From Bacteroidales bacterium (GTDB lineage Bacteria; Bacteroidota; Bacteroidia; Bacteroidales; WCHB1-69): a stretch of 64,000 nt of DNA. How positions within the stretch are numbered: position 1 is the stretch's first letter; each line of letters opens with the position of its first letter. This document shows, one piece after another, positions 7,630-18,569 of this stretch. The DNA lies in assembly GCA_045132235.1 (NCBI GenBank), contig JBGURX010000019.1, positions 5,756-69,755 of the forward strand. The letters are read 5' to 3'. The position numbers and the translations under genes are program-made. A model generated the notes under the pieces. It searched no databases. It had not been told where the DNA came from and saw nothing but the letters and a program-made list of their open reading frames with translations.

Positions 7630-9828
7630 CTACTCGGCCATCGGCACCGTCAATGAAACTTTCACCGCGAAGTTGTCCTTCCACGACGACAGACCATACG
7701 GACCGTACCGGTAGAAAAAGCCCACCCCCAGCGCCATCAGATCCTTTACCGACAGCAGGTTGTCAATCATCAACCCGCTCTCAAAGTAGCCTTTCGGCAT
7801 GGCCTGCATCGACACGCCGCGATGGTCCCCGGGATGTCGCAGCCAGCCAAAACCGATGTTCTGGCATACCACAATGCGCGGTGAGAATTTCCCTTCCCAC
7901 ATCTTGCCAAAATTATGACGGAAAAATATCGCCACATACGAGTCGGTGACAAACTCATTGGGACGCATCACCGCGAACTGTTCCTGTCCGTAAAAACCAA
8001 TTTTCTCGTAACCCGCCGCCATCACATACAGCAGCGAATAGGGCAACGACCGGTCAGCCCATCCCCCGACAACCGACAACTCGCTGTAACCCAAAATTTT
8101 ATATCTTTGCAGATGATGGGCACGGAAGTTGATTTTGTTGTAGGTGAAACCACTGCCCCACACATTTTTGAAACCATGCTCGTACAACACCTGAAACGTC
8201 GGGTACTTCGACATCTCATACAACGAGAAATTGCGCGTGCGATAGGTGGTTTCAGCATACGCAAAACGCAGTCCCACCCTCATATAACAATTTCTATATG
8301 AATAGCTTGTGGTATCGTAGCGTCCCACATCGGGCAAGAAAGCGTAGTCGTAAAGCGTCCGGTTCCACGAATAGCCACCCGCCAAGCTGAGCGTGATGTG
8401 CTTGATGGGCCGAATCTGCACCTTGGCCAGCAGCGTCCGGCTCAAATCGTACTTGGTGATGATCCAGTGGCGGTAGTACTCGCCGTTGAGCAGCCCCATC
8501 TCCTCGCGCGACACCAGCTGCGTGGCACCGCTCTCCACAATGTCGTTGAAGAAGCGGAGCTTGAGGATCAGGTCGCGCTTGCGGTACAATTCCCAGTCGG
8601 TGAAAGCGCCCCACTTCCAAGTCTTATCTTTCAGTCCGTAAGCAAAATAGCCGCCCAACCTACAGAAGCGAGCCATCCGCTGGTTGGTGTAGAGTCCCAG
8701 TCCGAAGCGCCATCCCTCGATGTAGCTGTAGTCCACAATGCGGGTGAGGTCGATGTCGATGGGACCGACGGGCAGGCAGCCGCGCGACAGCGAGGGCAGC
8801 AGTTCCAGCCGCCGCTGCAGCTTCAACTTGCGGCCGATGCTGTCAATCACTTCGTAGGTACGTACCTCTTTGGCATTCAACACACTGTCACGATACTGTT
8901 CCAGCAGGGCATCGCTGCTTTTCTGCGATGCAATGGCCTCCTCCACATCCACCACGCCGAAGTCGGAGTTGCGAAGCGGCGGGTCGAGGAGGATGTTTTT
9001 GACGGTGATGGTGGAAAGTCCGTACGACTCCAACGTATCGCCTTTGAAGGCGATGCGGGGCAGCGGGAAACGGGCGGCGAGGCGGTCGGGAAACCAGCGG
9101 CCGTTGTCGGCGCGGCGGTACTCCTGCTCCACCGACACCCGCACCAGCACGTTCTTATCTACCGGCACGGCCTCGATGCGCTGCACGGCATAGTCGGCCA
9201 GATGCACCCACACGGTGCCCCGCAGCGACTTGAAGGCCATGGAACTCTTGGGGGCATAGGTCACCGTGATGACGGTGTCGCCCTCCTGCACGAGCGTGTC
9301 CTCGATATGGAAGTCGTAGCGGCGGGTGGCACCGGCAGCCAGCGGACTGACGTACTCCACCTGAAACACCTCCAAGTAGTCACCGGCATAGAGATTTTGG
9401 AACTGTATGCGCGAGAACAGCAGGTTGAACATCGGGGTCTGGAGACCGGAGGTGCGTGAAGCCACCATCTTCTCGTAGCGGCGCGACGGGCTTTTGTAAT
9501 AGACCTCGCTGACACTCTCGCTCAGAAACAGCAGCTGCTCCTCCAGTTTTTGCAGGCTATCGCTAAGATACGAGGGGAAAACCGCCATCTTGTGGTAGGT
9601 GGTGTACTGGAAGGCATCGGTGCTGAAAGCTCCGTTGCGGTCGCGGTATTTGGCCACCGAATCCATGAGCATGTCGGCGGGGTTCACACCGCCATGCACG
9701 GTTACACCCTCCAGCGGATGGCGAGTGGTGTCGAGCTGCGCGGAAAGAGGTAAACTACAGGAGAAAAAGAGTACACAAAGCGACAACACGTGTCGGAACG
9801 ACAGCTGAAGTCTTTGTGTGAAAGGCAT
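7630..9828 (-). CDS. DUF5686-like large outer membrane protein
   Basis: 732 aa with a signal peptide. The N-terminal region (NPADMLMDSVAKYRDRNG) and the long beta-rich C-terminal half resemble the Bacteroidetes DUF5686/carboxypeptidase-regulatory-like family. Confidence 0.55.
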   Translation of the reverse strand: MPFTQRLQLSFRHVLSLCVLFFSCSLPLSAQLDTTRHPLEGVTVHGGVNPADMLMDSVAKYRDRNGAFSTDAFQYTTYHKMAVFPSYLSDSLQKLEEQLLFLSESVSEVYYKSPSRRYEKMVASRTSGLQTPMFNLLFSRIQFQNLYAGDYLEVFQVEYVSPLAAGATRRYDFHIEDTLVQEGDTVITVTYAPKSSMAFKSLRGTVWVHLADYAVQRIEAVPVDKNVLVRVSVEQEYRRADNGRWFPDRLAARFPLPRIAFKGDTLESYGLSTITVKNILLDPPLRNSDFGVVDVEEAIASQKSSDALLEQYRDSVLNAKEVRTYEVIDSIGRKLKLQRRLELLPSLSRGCLPVGPIDIDLTRIVDYSYIEGWRFGLGLYTNQRMARFCRLGGYFAYGLKDKTWKWGAFTDWELYRKRDLILKLRFFNDIVESGATQLVSREEMGLLNGEYYRHWIITKYDLSRTLLAKVQIRPIKHITLSLAGGYSWNRTLYDYAFLPDVGRYDTTSYSYRNCYMRVGLRFAYAETTYRTRNFSLYEMSKYPTFQVLYEHGFKNVWGSGFTYNKINFRAHHLQRYKILGYSELSVVGGWADRSLPYSLLYVMAAGYEKIGFYGQEQFAVMRPNEFVTDSYVAIFFRHNFGKMWEGKFSPRIVVCQNIGFGWLRHPGDHRGVSMQAMPKGYFESGLMIDNLLSVKDLMALGVGFFYRYGPYGLSSWKDNFAVKVSLTVPMAE

Positions 9829-9837
9829 AGAGCGTGA

Positions 9838-10260
9838 TTAGCGGCTCACGATACCAAGGAAATTGCCGTTGGCCTCAAAACGGTGTGCAAGGCCATCGTT
9901 GTAAATCAAAACGATAGTGCCATCGGCGACACGGTGGATGTTGACGACATTCTGCGGACGGCATTTCTGTTCCTCGATAGAGGCTTTCACCGGTTCAGAG
10001 AGGAACTGCGAGATGTCGCTGGAGAAAGACTCCACCTGCATCCAACGGCCGTTGTTGTCGAAATAGATGATGATGTCGGAGTCAAGGTCGGCGCGGTAGG
10101 CGAACTCACCGGCGCTGGCATCATACTGGGAGACGCTGGCGATTTGCGACTGGGGGAAGAAGGTGCTGATGGTCTGCACGGCCTCAGCGGGGAGCTGCTG
10201 CTGGGCGAAACCGGCGGCTATAGCGAAAAGACAAAGGAGGGTAAGGGCTATTTTTTTCAT
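9838..10260 (-). CDS. PepSY-like periplasmic protein
   Basis: Signal peptide MKKIALTLLCLFAIAAGFAQ. The pattern LPAEAVQTISTFFPQSQI...IIIYFDNNGRWMQVE is typical of the PepSY-like beta-lactamase-inhibitor-like family. Confidence 0.6.
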   Translation of the reverse strand: MKKIALTLLCLFAIAAGFAQQQLPAEAVQTISTFFPQSQIASVSQYDASAGEFAYRADLDSDIIIYFDNNGRWMQVESFSSDISQFLSEPVKASIEEQKCRPQNVVNIHRVADGTIVLIYNDGLAHRFEANGNFLGIVSR

Positions 10261-10298
10261 AATAATGGGATATTAAAGAGATATGCGATAATGCGCGG

Positions 10299-10306
10299 CA
10301 AAGATA
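10299..10306 (-). promoter_or_regulatory. Candidate -7 box for the PepSY-like gene
   Basis: The plus strand reads CAAAGATA, which is TATCTTTG on the minus strand. It lies 39 nt upstream of the ATG at 10260. Confidence 0.45.
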
Positions 10307-10340
10307 CAATAAAATTTGAAAATTGAACGGTGAGAAAATG

Positions 10341-10370
10341 AAAAAAGCGACTGAAAAAAAATCAGTCGCT
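10341..10370 (-). terminator. Rho-independent terminator after tRNA-Trp
   Basis: Stem AGCGACTGA / TCAGTCGCT (10346-10354 and 10362-10370). On the minus strand it is followed by a T run (complement of the A run at 10341-10345). Confidence 0.7.
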
Positions 10371-10372
10371 TT

Positions 10373-10446
10373 TGGCAGGGGAAGAGAGATTCGAACTCCC
10401 ATCAATGGTTTTGGAGACCACTATTCTGCCCTTAAACTATTCCCCT
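10373..10446 (-). tRNA. tRNA-Trp (anticodon CCA)
   Basis: The reverse complement reads AGGGGAATAGTTTAAGGGCAGAATAGTGGTCTCCAAAACCATTGATGGGAGTTCGAATCTCTCTTCCCCTGCCA. It has a 7 bp acceptor stem, anticodon loop CTCCAAA, T-loop GTTCGAATC and an encoded CCA. Confidence 0.9.
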
Positions 10447-10451
10447 GAAAA

Positions 10452-10479
10452 GAACGGACAAGCTTTCACTTGTCCGTTC
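10452..10479 (-). other. Perfect 11 bp hairpin between tuf and tRNA-Trp (attenuating terminator or processing site)
   Basis: GAACGGACAAG-CTTTCA-CTTGTCCGTTC. On the minus strand it is followed by TTTTCA. Confidence 0.6.
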
Positions 10480-10499
10480 GGGTATGTTGGAACTTAGAA

Positions 10500-11687
<1,188 letters not shown>

Positions 11688-11739
11688 TTTCTTATAAATT
11701 TAATGCGTTAATAATTTTACGTTTTTACACAAAAAAATG

Positions 11740-11811
<72 letters not shown>

Positions 11812-11857
11812 TTTTTTGTTCTTGGAGGCCTACGTTTCCGCTCCTCTTTTGAACATG

Positions 11858-11865
11858 CAAAAATA
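11858..11865 (-). promoter_or_regulatory. Candidate -7 box for the tRNA-Thr/tuf/tRNA-Trp unit
   Basis: The plus strand reads CAAAAATA, which is TATTTTTG on the minus strand. It lies 47 nt upstream of the tRNA-Thr 5' end. Confidence 0.5.
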
Positions 11866-12013
11866 CATCTTTTTTTCCATATACAAGTCTTTTTCAACAT
11901 TTTTTCAAAAAATATTTTCTAATGGTTGATTATCAACATTTTAAATTTCAAATATTCCACTAAAAAATGTCTGTAATCCGTTGTATGATGGACAAAAAGA
12001 GCGTTTTTCCTCG

Positions 12014-13696
12014 TTACTGTCGGATAATTTTCAGCATTTCGCTGCGTCCGCCTCTCTCCTGCACCCGCAGCAGATAGACGCCCGCAGGCCACGAACCGCT
12101 GTTGATACAGCGGGTGTCGTCGGCGCTGAAGCCCCGGTCGGCATACACCACGCGCCCCGACAGGTCGAAGACGCACAGGCTCACCTCCCGCTGCTCCGGA
12201 TTGCCCACCACCAGCAGGTCGCCGCACGGGTTGGGCCAGGCGGCATAGTGCCGCACCACGCCGCTCTCGCGCACCCCATCGGTACGGTGGTCGAGCCACG
12301 CCTGATAGACGTTCGGGATGCCGTAGCCCATCAGTGTGTCGGGAGCGTTGTACTGGTGCGCCGACTCGCGGATAATCTGCATGATTTCCAACGAGGTGAG
12401 CTGCGGCAACGCCTGCCACAAACAGGCCGCCAATCCCGCCATGTCGGGCGTGGCGCACGAGGTACCGCTGCCCTGCGCGATGTAATTGTACATGTTGTAG
12501 TTCACCTCGTCAGGGGCATACAAGCTGGAATATACCATGTACGTGTCCCAGCCGCACGAGGCCACATCGGGTTTCACACGTCCGTCGAAGCTCGGTCCGC
12601 AGCCGCTGAAGGGCGCATATACGCTGTCTGCATTGACCGCCCCCACGCACAGGATGTCCTCCGCGTCGCTCGGACGGCTCAGCTTGTGCCACGGGTTGGA
12701 GCCTTCGTTGCCGGCCGCCACGCACACCACCATCCCCTTGTGCGCCGCCTTCGTGGCCGCCAAAGATGCCACGCTGGTATGGCCGTCGCAGCTGCTATAG
12801 TCGAAAACAAAGGTGGTGTCGTCGAACTGGGTGTAGCCCAACGATGCCGTGATGACATCGGCGCCCAAGCTGTCGGCCAGCTCCGCGCCAGCCACCCAAA
12901 AGTCCTCTTCTATCAGCTGCTCGCTGAGCGGATCCTCGGTACGGATGAACACCATGTTGGCCGCCGGCGCGGTGCCCACCAACGTATCGTTGTCGCCGTA
13001 GATACTGCTTAGAATGATAGATGCGCAGGAGGTGCCGTGCCCATGGTTGGTATAGACATTGTCCATGCCGGGAATAAAGTTGTAAGTGCCCCAGATTTGT
13101 CCATTCTCATAGAGGTTGGCAAACATCGGGCAGCAGTCGAATCCAATCCAGCCGGCATCCAGCATCGCAATCAGCATTCCTTCGCCATGATAGCCTTCGG
13201 CATGGAGCAGATGTCCGTTGTGGAGGGCAATCTGTCCGTACCCGTCGCCATAGATCACCGTGTCGCTGCCATGGTTGACATCGGAGATGACGGGAAACTC
13301 CTGCGCCGGCGGGTTCTCGAAGCTGTCGTAGTACCCCACCGCCTTCACGCTGTCCACAAACGGCAGGTTGCGCACGTAACTCATGCGCACGGTATCGGGA
13401 CAGCACACCACGGCCGTGTTCAGCCACCGCGAGACCGCCAGCACCCGCAGCTGCGGACTGGCCTGCCCGATTTCGTGCAGATAGGCGGGATTCACCGGCA
13501 GGTCCTCCTCCGTGACGGGGATGTTGTAGCGGGCACGCTTGTCCAAACACCGCTGCGACAGAAAGTTCTGCGGCTGGTCGATACTGTACGGCGTGTTGTT
13601 CTTGTCATGCAGATAGACACGGTAGCAATTGACGTTCTGACCAAAAGCCATCGTAGTAATGAATGCCGAAAGCAATAAGAGAATGGTTCTTTTCAT
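12014..13696 (-). CDS. S8 family serine peptidase with a T9SS C-terminal sorting domain
   Basis: It has a signal peptide and a propeptide-like N-terminus (YRVYLHDKNNTPYS). The catalytic triad contexts are MLDAGW, HGHGTSCAS and GSGTSCATP. The C-terminus is WPNPCGDLLVV...AGVYLLRVQERGGRSEMLKIIRQ. Confidence 0.85.
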   Translation of the reverse strand: MKRTILLLLSAFITTMAFGQNVNCYRVYLHDKNNTPYSIDQPQNFLSQRCLDKRARYNIPVTEEDLPVNPAYLHEIGQASPQLRVLAVSRWLNTAVVCCPDTVRMSYVRNLPFVDSVKAVGYYDSFENPPAQEFPVISDVNHGSDTVIYGDGYGQIALHNGHLLHAEGYHGEGMLIAMLDAGWIGFDCCPMFANLYENGQIWGTYNFIPGMDNVYTNHGHGTSCASIILSSIYGDNDTLVGTAPAANMVFIRTEDPLSEQLIEEDFWVAGAELADSLGADVITASLGYTQFDDTTFVFDYSSCDGHTSVASLAATKAAHKGMVVCVAAGNEGSNPWHKLSRPSDAEDILCVGAVNADSVYAPFSGCGPSFDGRVKPDVASCGWDTYMVYSSLYAPDEVNYNMYNYIAQGSGTSCATPDMAGLAACLWQALPQLTSLEIMQIIRESAHQYNAPDTLMGYGIPNVYQAWLDHRTDGVRESGVVRHYAAWPNPCGDLLVVGNPEQREVSLCVFDLSGRVVYADRGFSADDTRCINSGSWPAGVYLLRVQERGGRSEMLKIIRQ

Positions 13697-13729
13697 TTTT
13701 ATACAATATAATAATAATGTGCGGATGAT

Positions 13730-15100
13730 TTATTTCATCATCTCAGCGTAATACTGGTAGAAGTACGGAATGGTTTCGATACCTTTGAAGAAATGCTCCA
13801 GTTTGTAGTTCTCGTTCGGGGAATGAATGGCGTCCTCGCCGAGACCGAAGCCCATGAGGATGGCCTTGGTGCCGAGGATGCGCTCGAAACCGGAGATAAC
13901 AGGGATGCTACCGCCGCTGCGAGTCGGGATGGGGCGTTTGCCGAAGGTCTGCTGGTAAGCCTTCTCGGCTGCCTTGTAGGCGGGCATGTCGATGGGCGAC
14001 ACGTAAGCCTCACCGCCATGGCACGGGGTGACCTTCACCTTCACGCTCTTGGGCGCAATCTTTTCGAAATGCTTCTGGAATAATTTTGAAATTTTAGTGG
14101 AATCCTGGTTGGGAACAAGACGCATTGAAATTTTGGCGCAAGCCTTGGAAGGCAATACAGTTTTAGAGCCCTCGCCGGTATATCCGCCCCAGATGCCACA
14201 AACGTCCAGCGTCGGACGGATGCCGGTACGCTCGATGGTGGTGTACCCCTTTTCGCCATGCACCTGACGCACGTCGAGGGCTTTCTTGTACTCTTCGAGA
14301 TTGAAAGGAGCCTTGGCCATCAGCGCGCGCTCGGCTTTGGAGAGCACCAGCACATCGTCGTAGAAATGCGGGATGGTGATTTCATTGTTCTCGTTCTGCA
14401 GCGAGGCAATCATCTGGCAGAGGATGTTGATGGGGTTGGCGACGGCACCTCCGAAGATGCCGGAGTGCAGGTCCTTGTTGGGTCCGGTCACCTCCACCTC
14501 GAGGTAGCTGAGGCCGCGGAGTCCGGTGGTGATGGAGGGCGTGTCGGTGGCAATCATGCCGGTGTCGGACACGAGGATGATGTCGGCCTTGAGGAGTTTC
14601 TTGTTCTGCTTGCAGAAGTCGTACAGGCTGCCGCTGCCGATCTCCTCCTCCCCTTCCAGCATGAACTTCACGTTGCAGGGCAACTGGTTGGTTTTCACCA
14701 TATATTCAAAGGCTTTGGCGTGCATGAACGACTGACCTTTGTCGTCGTCGGCACCGCGGGCCCAGATCTTACCGTCCTTGACAACCGGTTCGAAGGGGTC
14801 GGTTTTCCACAGCTCGATGGGGTCAACGGGCATCACATCGTAGTGGCCGTAAACCAGCACGGTGGGAGCGGTTTTGGAGATAATCTTCTCGCCATACACC
14901 ACGGGGTTGCCGGCGGTGGGCATCACTTCGCAACGGTCGGCACCGGCGGCGAGGATGAGTTCGCGCCAGCGTTCGGCGCAGCGCACCATGTCGCCCTTGT
15001 GCTCTTCCTGCGAGCTGATGGAGGGGATGCGGATGAGGCTGAAAAGTTCATCCAAAAAACGGTCTTTGTTGGTTTCGATGTATTTCTTTAAGTCTTTCAT
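13730..15100 (-). CDS. M20 family dipeptidase
   Basis: Motifs LIRIPSISS, VLVYGHYDVMPVDP, ARGADDDKGQ and MLEGEEEIGS are present. Confidence 0.85.
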   Translation of the reverse strand: MKDLKKYIETNKDRFLDELFSLIRIPSISSQEEHKGDMVRCAERWRELILAAGADRCEVMPTAGNPVVYGEKIISKTAPTVLVYGHYDVMPVDPIELWKTDPFEPVVKDGKIWARGADDDKGQSFMHAKAFEYMVKTNQLPCNVKFMLEGEEEIGSGSLYDFCKQNKKLLKADIILVSDTGMIATDTPSITTGLRGLSYLEVEVTGPNKDLHSGIFGGAVANPINILCQMIASLQNENNEITIPHFYDDVLVLSKAERALMAKAPFNLEEYKKALDVRQVHGEKGYTTIERTGIRPTLDVCGIWGGYTGEGSKTVLPSKACAKISMRLVPNQDSTKISKLFQKHFEKIAPKSVKVKVTPCHGGEAYVSPIDMPAYKAAEKAYQQTFGKRPIPTRSGGSIPVISGFERILGTKAILMGFGLGEDAIHSPNENYKLEHFFKGIETIPYFYQYYAEMMK

Positions 15101-15132
15101 TTTTAGATTATTAAATTATTAATTCTTTATTA

Positions 15133-15212
15133 AACTATGAAATTATTTAACTATGAAATTATTTAACTATGAAATTATTAAACTATGAAATTATGAATTC
15201 TATGAAAATTAT
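15133..15212. repeat. Tandem repeat, 5 copies of a roughly 16 nt unit (AACTATGAAATTATTT)
   Basis: The core CTATGAAATTAT recurs at 15135, 15151, 15167 and 15183, and a variant at 15200. The array lies between the stop of the 506 aa gene and the start of the M20 gene. Confidence 0.9.
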
Positions 15213-16729
15213 TGGGCTAAAAATTTGATATAGATATGATTAGGGATTAAATTCTGATACGGTTTGAGGGCATAGAAGGCCACGCAGCGTGTTTTGGAGA
15301 GGGCGGTATGGCGCGCCACCAGCTTGGCATTGAGCACACGGTCGAACGCACCCGATCCGTTCTGGAAGAAGTAGCGGCAGGCGGCCTGATTCGACCAGCG
15401 GCCATCCGTCTTGAGGAGGATGAAGAGCTGGTTGTCGTCCAACACACCGCCGGCCTTGACCGCTTTCTGGTACATGCGCAGATTGGCCGTCGAATCGGCA
15501 AAGATGAGGTAATCGCCTTCGCGCATGAAGACTGCGGGGGTGCAGTGCCGCCAACCGGCGTGCAGCACCGGCGCAAAGCTGCCATGTCCGAACCGATAGC
15601 TGCCGCATTCTCCCACCGAGTCGAGGGTATGGCCTGCCGGCAGCAACGAGAGCAGGTGTGCCGTGTCGGTGTCACACTTCACGGCAAAAAAGTGGTAGTC
15701 CAACGAATCAGAAAGTGTAAAACAATGTATCTCACTGCTTTGCAACAAAGAAAATGCTTTTTTCGCTTCTTCCGAAAGATTATTTCCGGTATTGAACTGT
15801 CCTGCATCGGAAAGGTGGAAGCAGGCGTAGTCAACGGCGGCGGCGGGCACCACAGCGGCCGACACGGTCTGTGCATCGGGCTGCTGGTTTTCCAGCTGCG
15901 TAAAGAGCGAGCCGTCCTTCATCACGCTGTAACCGGAGAGGGAGATTTCGCCAGCGGTCACCACCATCTGGTAGGCCGACCAGTCGGCAAGGTTGCCCAG
16001 TGCGGCAAGCGCTTCCTCGAATTCGGAGGAAACATTGGCTTTCTGGCTGGCCACAAAAGCGGCATGGTTCACCACCAGCCAGTTCTGCTTGGGATTTTTG
16101 TCCATCATCTCGCGCAGCGCCTTGAAGCCCTCCTCCTCGGCGATGCTCTTCCGCTGCGAGAGGCAGTCGAGGGAGGCATTCAGCAGAGTTTCATTTTCAG
16201 AAACCGTAAAAGCCCCGTCGTGATAGCAAAACGAGAAGGAACGGTGATGGGTATCCATTCCATAAATATGGTAATCTTTATACGTATGAAAATTATTATT
16301 ATTGATTTCCAATACTTTAAGAAGATTGTCAAAATCCTTTGGAGAGATGCGCAGGGAGAGCAGCAGTGCAAGGCGCCCCTCCACCTCGTGGGCGGAGCAA
16401 GCCAACGGGGAGCTGCCGGCCGGCTGTTCGGTGAACTGCTGCAGGAAATACTCCATGCCGTCGAGCGCGCCCAGCGGCACCGCGTCGGAAAGATAATTGC
16501 GCAAACCGCCTTCCGCCTTGACGAAGGCGTCGTAGTCGTTCACCTGCACCATCATGACAGCATCGGCCGGCACCATTTCCATGGGATCGGCGGTGCTTTT
16601 CCGCAAATGATTGACATAAAAATAGATACCAGCGCCCACGGCGGCGGTCAAGAGAATCAGAGCCACCACCAGCCATCCTTTTTTGTGGGATTTCCGGGGC
16701 TTTTGCATTGCAGTTTCTTCAGTTTCCAT
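15209..16729 (-). CDS. Hypothetical membrane-anchored protein
   Basis: 506 aa with one N-terminal transmembrane segment (GWLVVALILLTAAVGAGIYFYV). Composition is native-like. I recognise no family. Confidence 0.6.
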   Translation of the reverse strand: METEETAMQKPRKSHKKGWLVVALILLTAAVGAGIYFYVNHLRKSTADPMEMVPADAVMMVQVNDYDAFVKAEGGLRNYLSDAVPLGALDGMEYFLQQFTEQPAGSSPLACSAHEVEGRLALLLSLRISPKDFDNLLKVLEINNNNFHTYKDYHIYGMDTHHRSFSFCYHDGAFTVSENETLLNASLDCLSQRKSIAEEEGFKALREMMDKNPKQNWLVVNHAAFVASQKANVSSEFEEALAALGNLADWSAYQMVVTAGEISLSGYSVMKDGSLFTQLENQQPDAQTVSAAVVPAAAVDYACFHLSDAGQFNTGNNLSEEAKKAFSLLQSSEIHCFTLSDSLDYHFFAVKCDTDTAHLLSLLPAGHTLDSVGECGSYRFGHGSFAPVLHAGWRHCTPAVFMREGDYLIFADSTANLRMYQKAVKAGGVLDDNQLFILLKTDGRWSNQAACRYFFQNGSGAFDRVLNAKLVARHTALSKTRCVAFYALKPYQNLIPNHIYIKFLAQ

Positions 16730-16819
16730 TTCAAAAAAAAATCTATTGACAAATAGGCTGCAAATTTACACGAAATTCCCGAAATTTGCGTTATCATTTC
16801 CAAAAAAAGAAAAAATCCG

Positions 16820-16827
16820 TAACTTTG
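16820..16827 (+). promoter_or_regulatory. Candidate -7 box (TAACTTTG)
   Basis: It lies 18 nt upstream of the ATG at 16845. Confidence 0.5.
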
Positions 16828-16844
16828 CACCCAAATTTTTACCA

Positions 16845-18545
16845 ATGAAAAAAATCATCACCCTGCTTATCCTCATTGCCTTCACGATAGGCCTCCACGC
16901 ACAAGCCCCCGCCAAATACTGGGTGCAGTTCAAGGACAAAGAGGGCACTGCCTACTCGGTGAAACATCCCGAAGAGTTCCTGTCGCCCCGCGCCATTGAG
17001 AAGCGGCAGCATTTCAACATTCCCATCACCGAACAGGACCTGCCCGTCAGCGACCGCTACATCCAGCAGCTGATGGCCCTCGACACGAACATGATGCTGC
17101 TCACCAAATCGAAATGGCTGAACGGCGTGACCGTATATACCACCACGGAGAACATCGCGGACAAAATCCGGCAGCTGGACTTTGTGACGCTGTGCGAATG
17201 CACGGCGAAGCTGGATGCCGCGGAGAGTTTCGACTATCCCGTCCGGCCTTACACGCCGCCCGCGCAGACGAAGAGCGTGATGGAGATGCCCGCCCCCGGC
17301 ACTGACTTCCTGTACGGCTATGCCGGCTGGCAGCTCGGGGCCAACCGCGCCCAGTGGCTGCACCGCCTCGGCGCTTACGGCGAGGGCATGCTGATGGTGG
17401 TGATGGATGTGGGCTTCCACAATGTCAACACCATGCCCGCCTTCCAGGCGCTGCGCGACGAAGGTCGTCTGCTGGGCACCAAGAATTTTGTATTTCCGGG
17501 CCGGTCGGTGTTCATCAGCGGCTCGCACGGCACGGAGGTGCTCTCCTGCATCGCCGCCTACCTGCCCGACGAAATCATCGGCACGGCACCCAAGGCATCG
17601 TTCTACCTCGCCAAGACCGAGGACAGCCGCTCGGAAAACAAGATCGAGGAGGACAACTGGGTGGCCGGACTGGAGTGGGCCGACAGCCTCGGCTGTGACG
17701 TGCTCTCCTCTTCGCTCGGCTACTACAAGTTCGACAACAAAAGCCAGTCGTACCAGTATGAGGACCTGAACGGCAAGGTGAGCCGTTCCTCCATCGCCGC
17801 TTCGATGGCGGCCAGCAAGGGCATCGTCGTTTGCGTGAGCGCCGGCAACGAGGGCAACGGCGACTGGCATTACATCACCAGCCCCGCCGATGCCGACAGC
17901 ATCCTCACCATCGGCGCCGTTGACCGCGACTACAAGATTGCGGAATTCTCCTCCTTCGGTCCCACCGCCGACGGGCGCACCAAGCCCGACGGACTGGCCA
18001 TCGGCTCGCAAGCCGTTATCGTGACCCCCGAGAGCAAAGTGGATGCCTCCTACGGCACCTCCTTCTCCGCCCCCATCTTCGCCGGCATGGTGACCTGCCT
18101 CTGGCAGCTCTTCCCCGACAAGACCGCCGCTGACGTGATCAACGCCATCCACCGCGCCGGTCCTCTGTACGACAATCCCAACTACCACTATGGACTGGGA
18201 CTCACCAACTTCGTCACCGCCTACAACCATCTGGCACGCTCCAACGATGCCTCCGTGCTCGCCGCATTCGGCACATCGTCCAGCAACGGCAGCTGCGAGG
18301 GTATCTGCTACGCCAGCGTCGGAGTCAGCAGCTTCACCATCAAGGTCAGCCTCGACGGCACGCCCGTGCCCGGCGAGCAGGTCATCCGCGTGAAAGGCAA
18401 ATCAGTCGGCGACTACCAGTTCTGCAAATTCAAAATCAAACTCCCGAAATGCCCCAAAGGACACGACTACGCCATCGCAAAAGTGCAGGTCATCTGCCCC
18501 GAAGGCATCTCCTACGAACAGTTCATCGGCATATTGCCCAAATAG
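16845..18545 (+). CDS. S8 family serine peptidase, paralog of 12014..13696, without an obvious T9SS tail
   Basis: Internal start MKKIITLLILIAFTIGLHAQ. The propeptide-like YWVQFKDKEGTAYS matches the paralog. The triad contexts are VMDVGF, HGTEVLS and GTSFSAP. The C-terminus is Cys-containing (KLPKCPKGHDYAIAKVQVICPEG). Confidence 0.85.
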   Translation: MKKIITLLILIAFTIGLHAQAPAKYWVQFKDKEGTAYSVKHPEEFLSPRAIEKRQHFNIPITEQDLPVSDRYIQQLMALDTNMMLLTKSKWLNGVTVYTTTENIADKIRQLDFVTLCECTAKLDAAESFDYPVRPYTPPAQTKSVMEMPAPGTDFLYGYAGWQLGANRAQWLHRLGAYGEGMLMVVMDVGFHNVNTMPAFQALRDEGRLLGTKNFVFPGRSVFISGSHGTEVLSCIAAYLPDEIIGTAPKASFYLAKTEDSRSENKIEEDNWVAGLEWADSLGCDVLSSSLGYYKFDNKSQSYQYEDLNGKVSRSSIAASMAASKGIVVCVSAGNEGNGDWHYITSPADADSILTIGAVDRDYKIAEFSSFGPTADGRTKPDGLAIGSQAVIVTPESKVDASYGTSFSAPIFAGMVTCLWQLFPDKTAADVINAIHRAGPLYDNPNYHYGLGLTNFVTAYNHLARSNDASVLAAFGTSSSNGSCEGICYASVGVSSFTIKVSLDGTPVPGEQVIRVKGKSVGDYQFCKFKIKLPKCPKGHDYAIAKVQVICPEGISYEQFIGILPK

Positions 18546-18569
18546 TCCCCCCTGCTAAATCACATCATC

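Noticed and set aside
10261-10372. A search for secE in the gap after tRNA-Trp.
   Set aside because: The gap holds only a terminator hairpin and promoter DNA for the PepSY-like gene, with no ORF of suitable size or hydrophobicity.
15133-15212. Possibility that the tandem repeats are a CRISPR array.
   Set aside because: The units are contiguous with a 16 nt period and no spacers. No cas genes are in the window.
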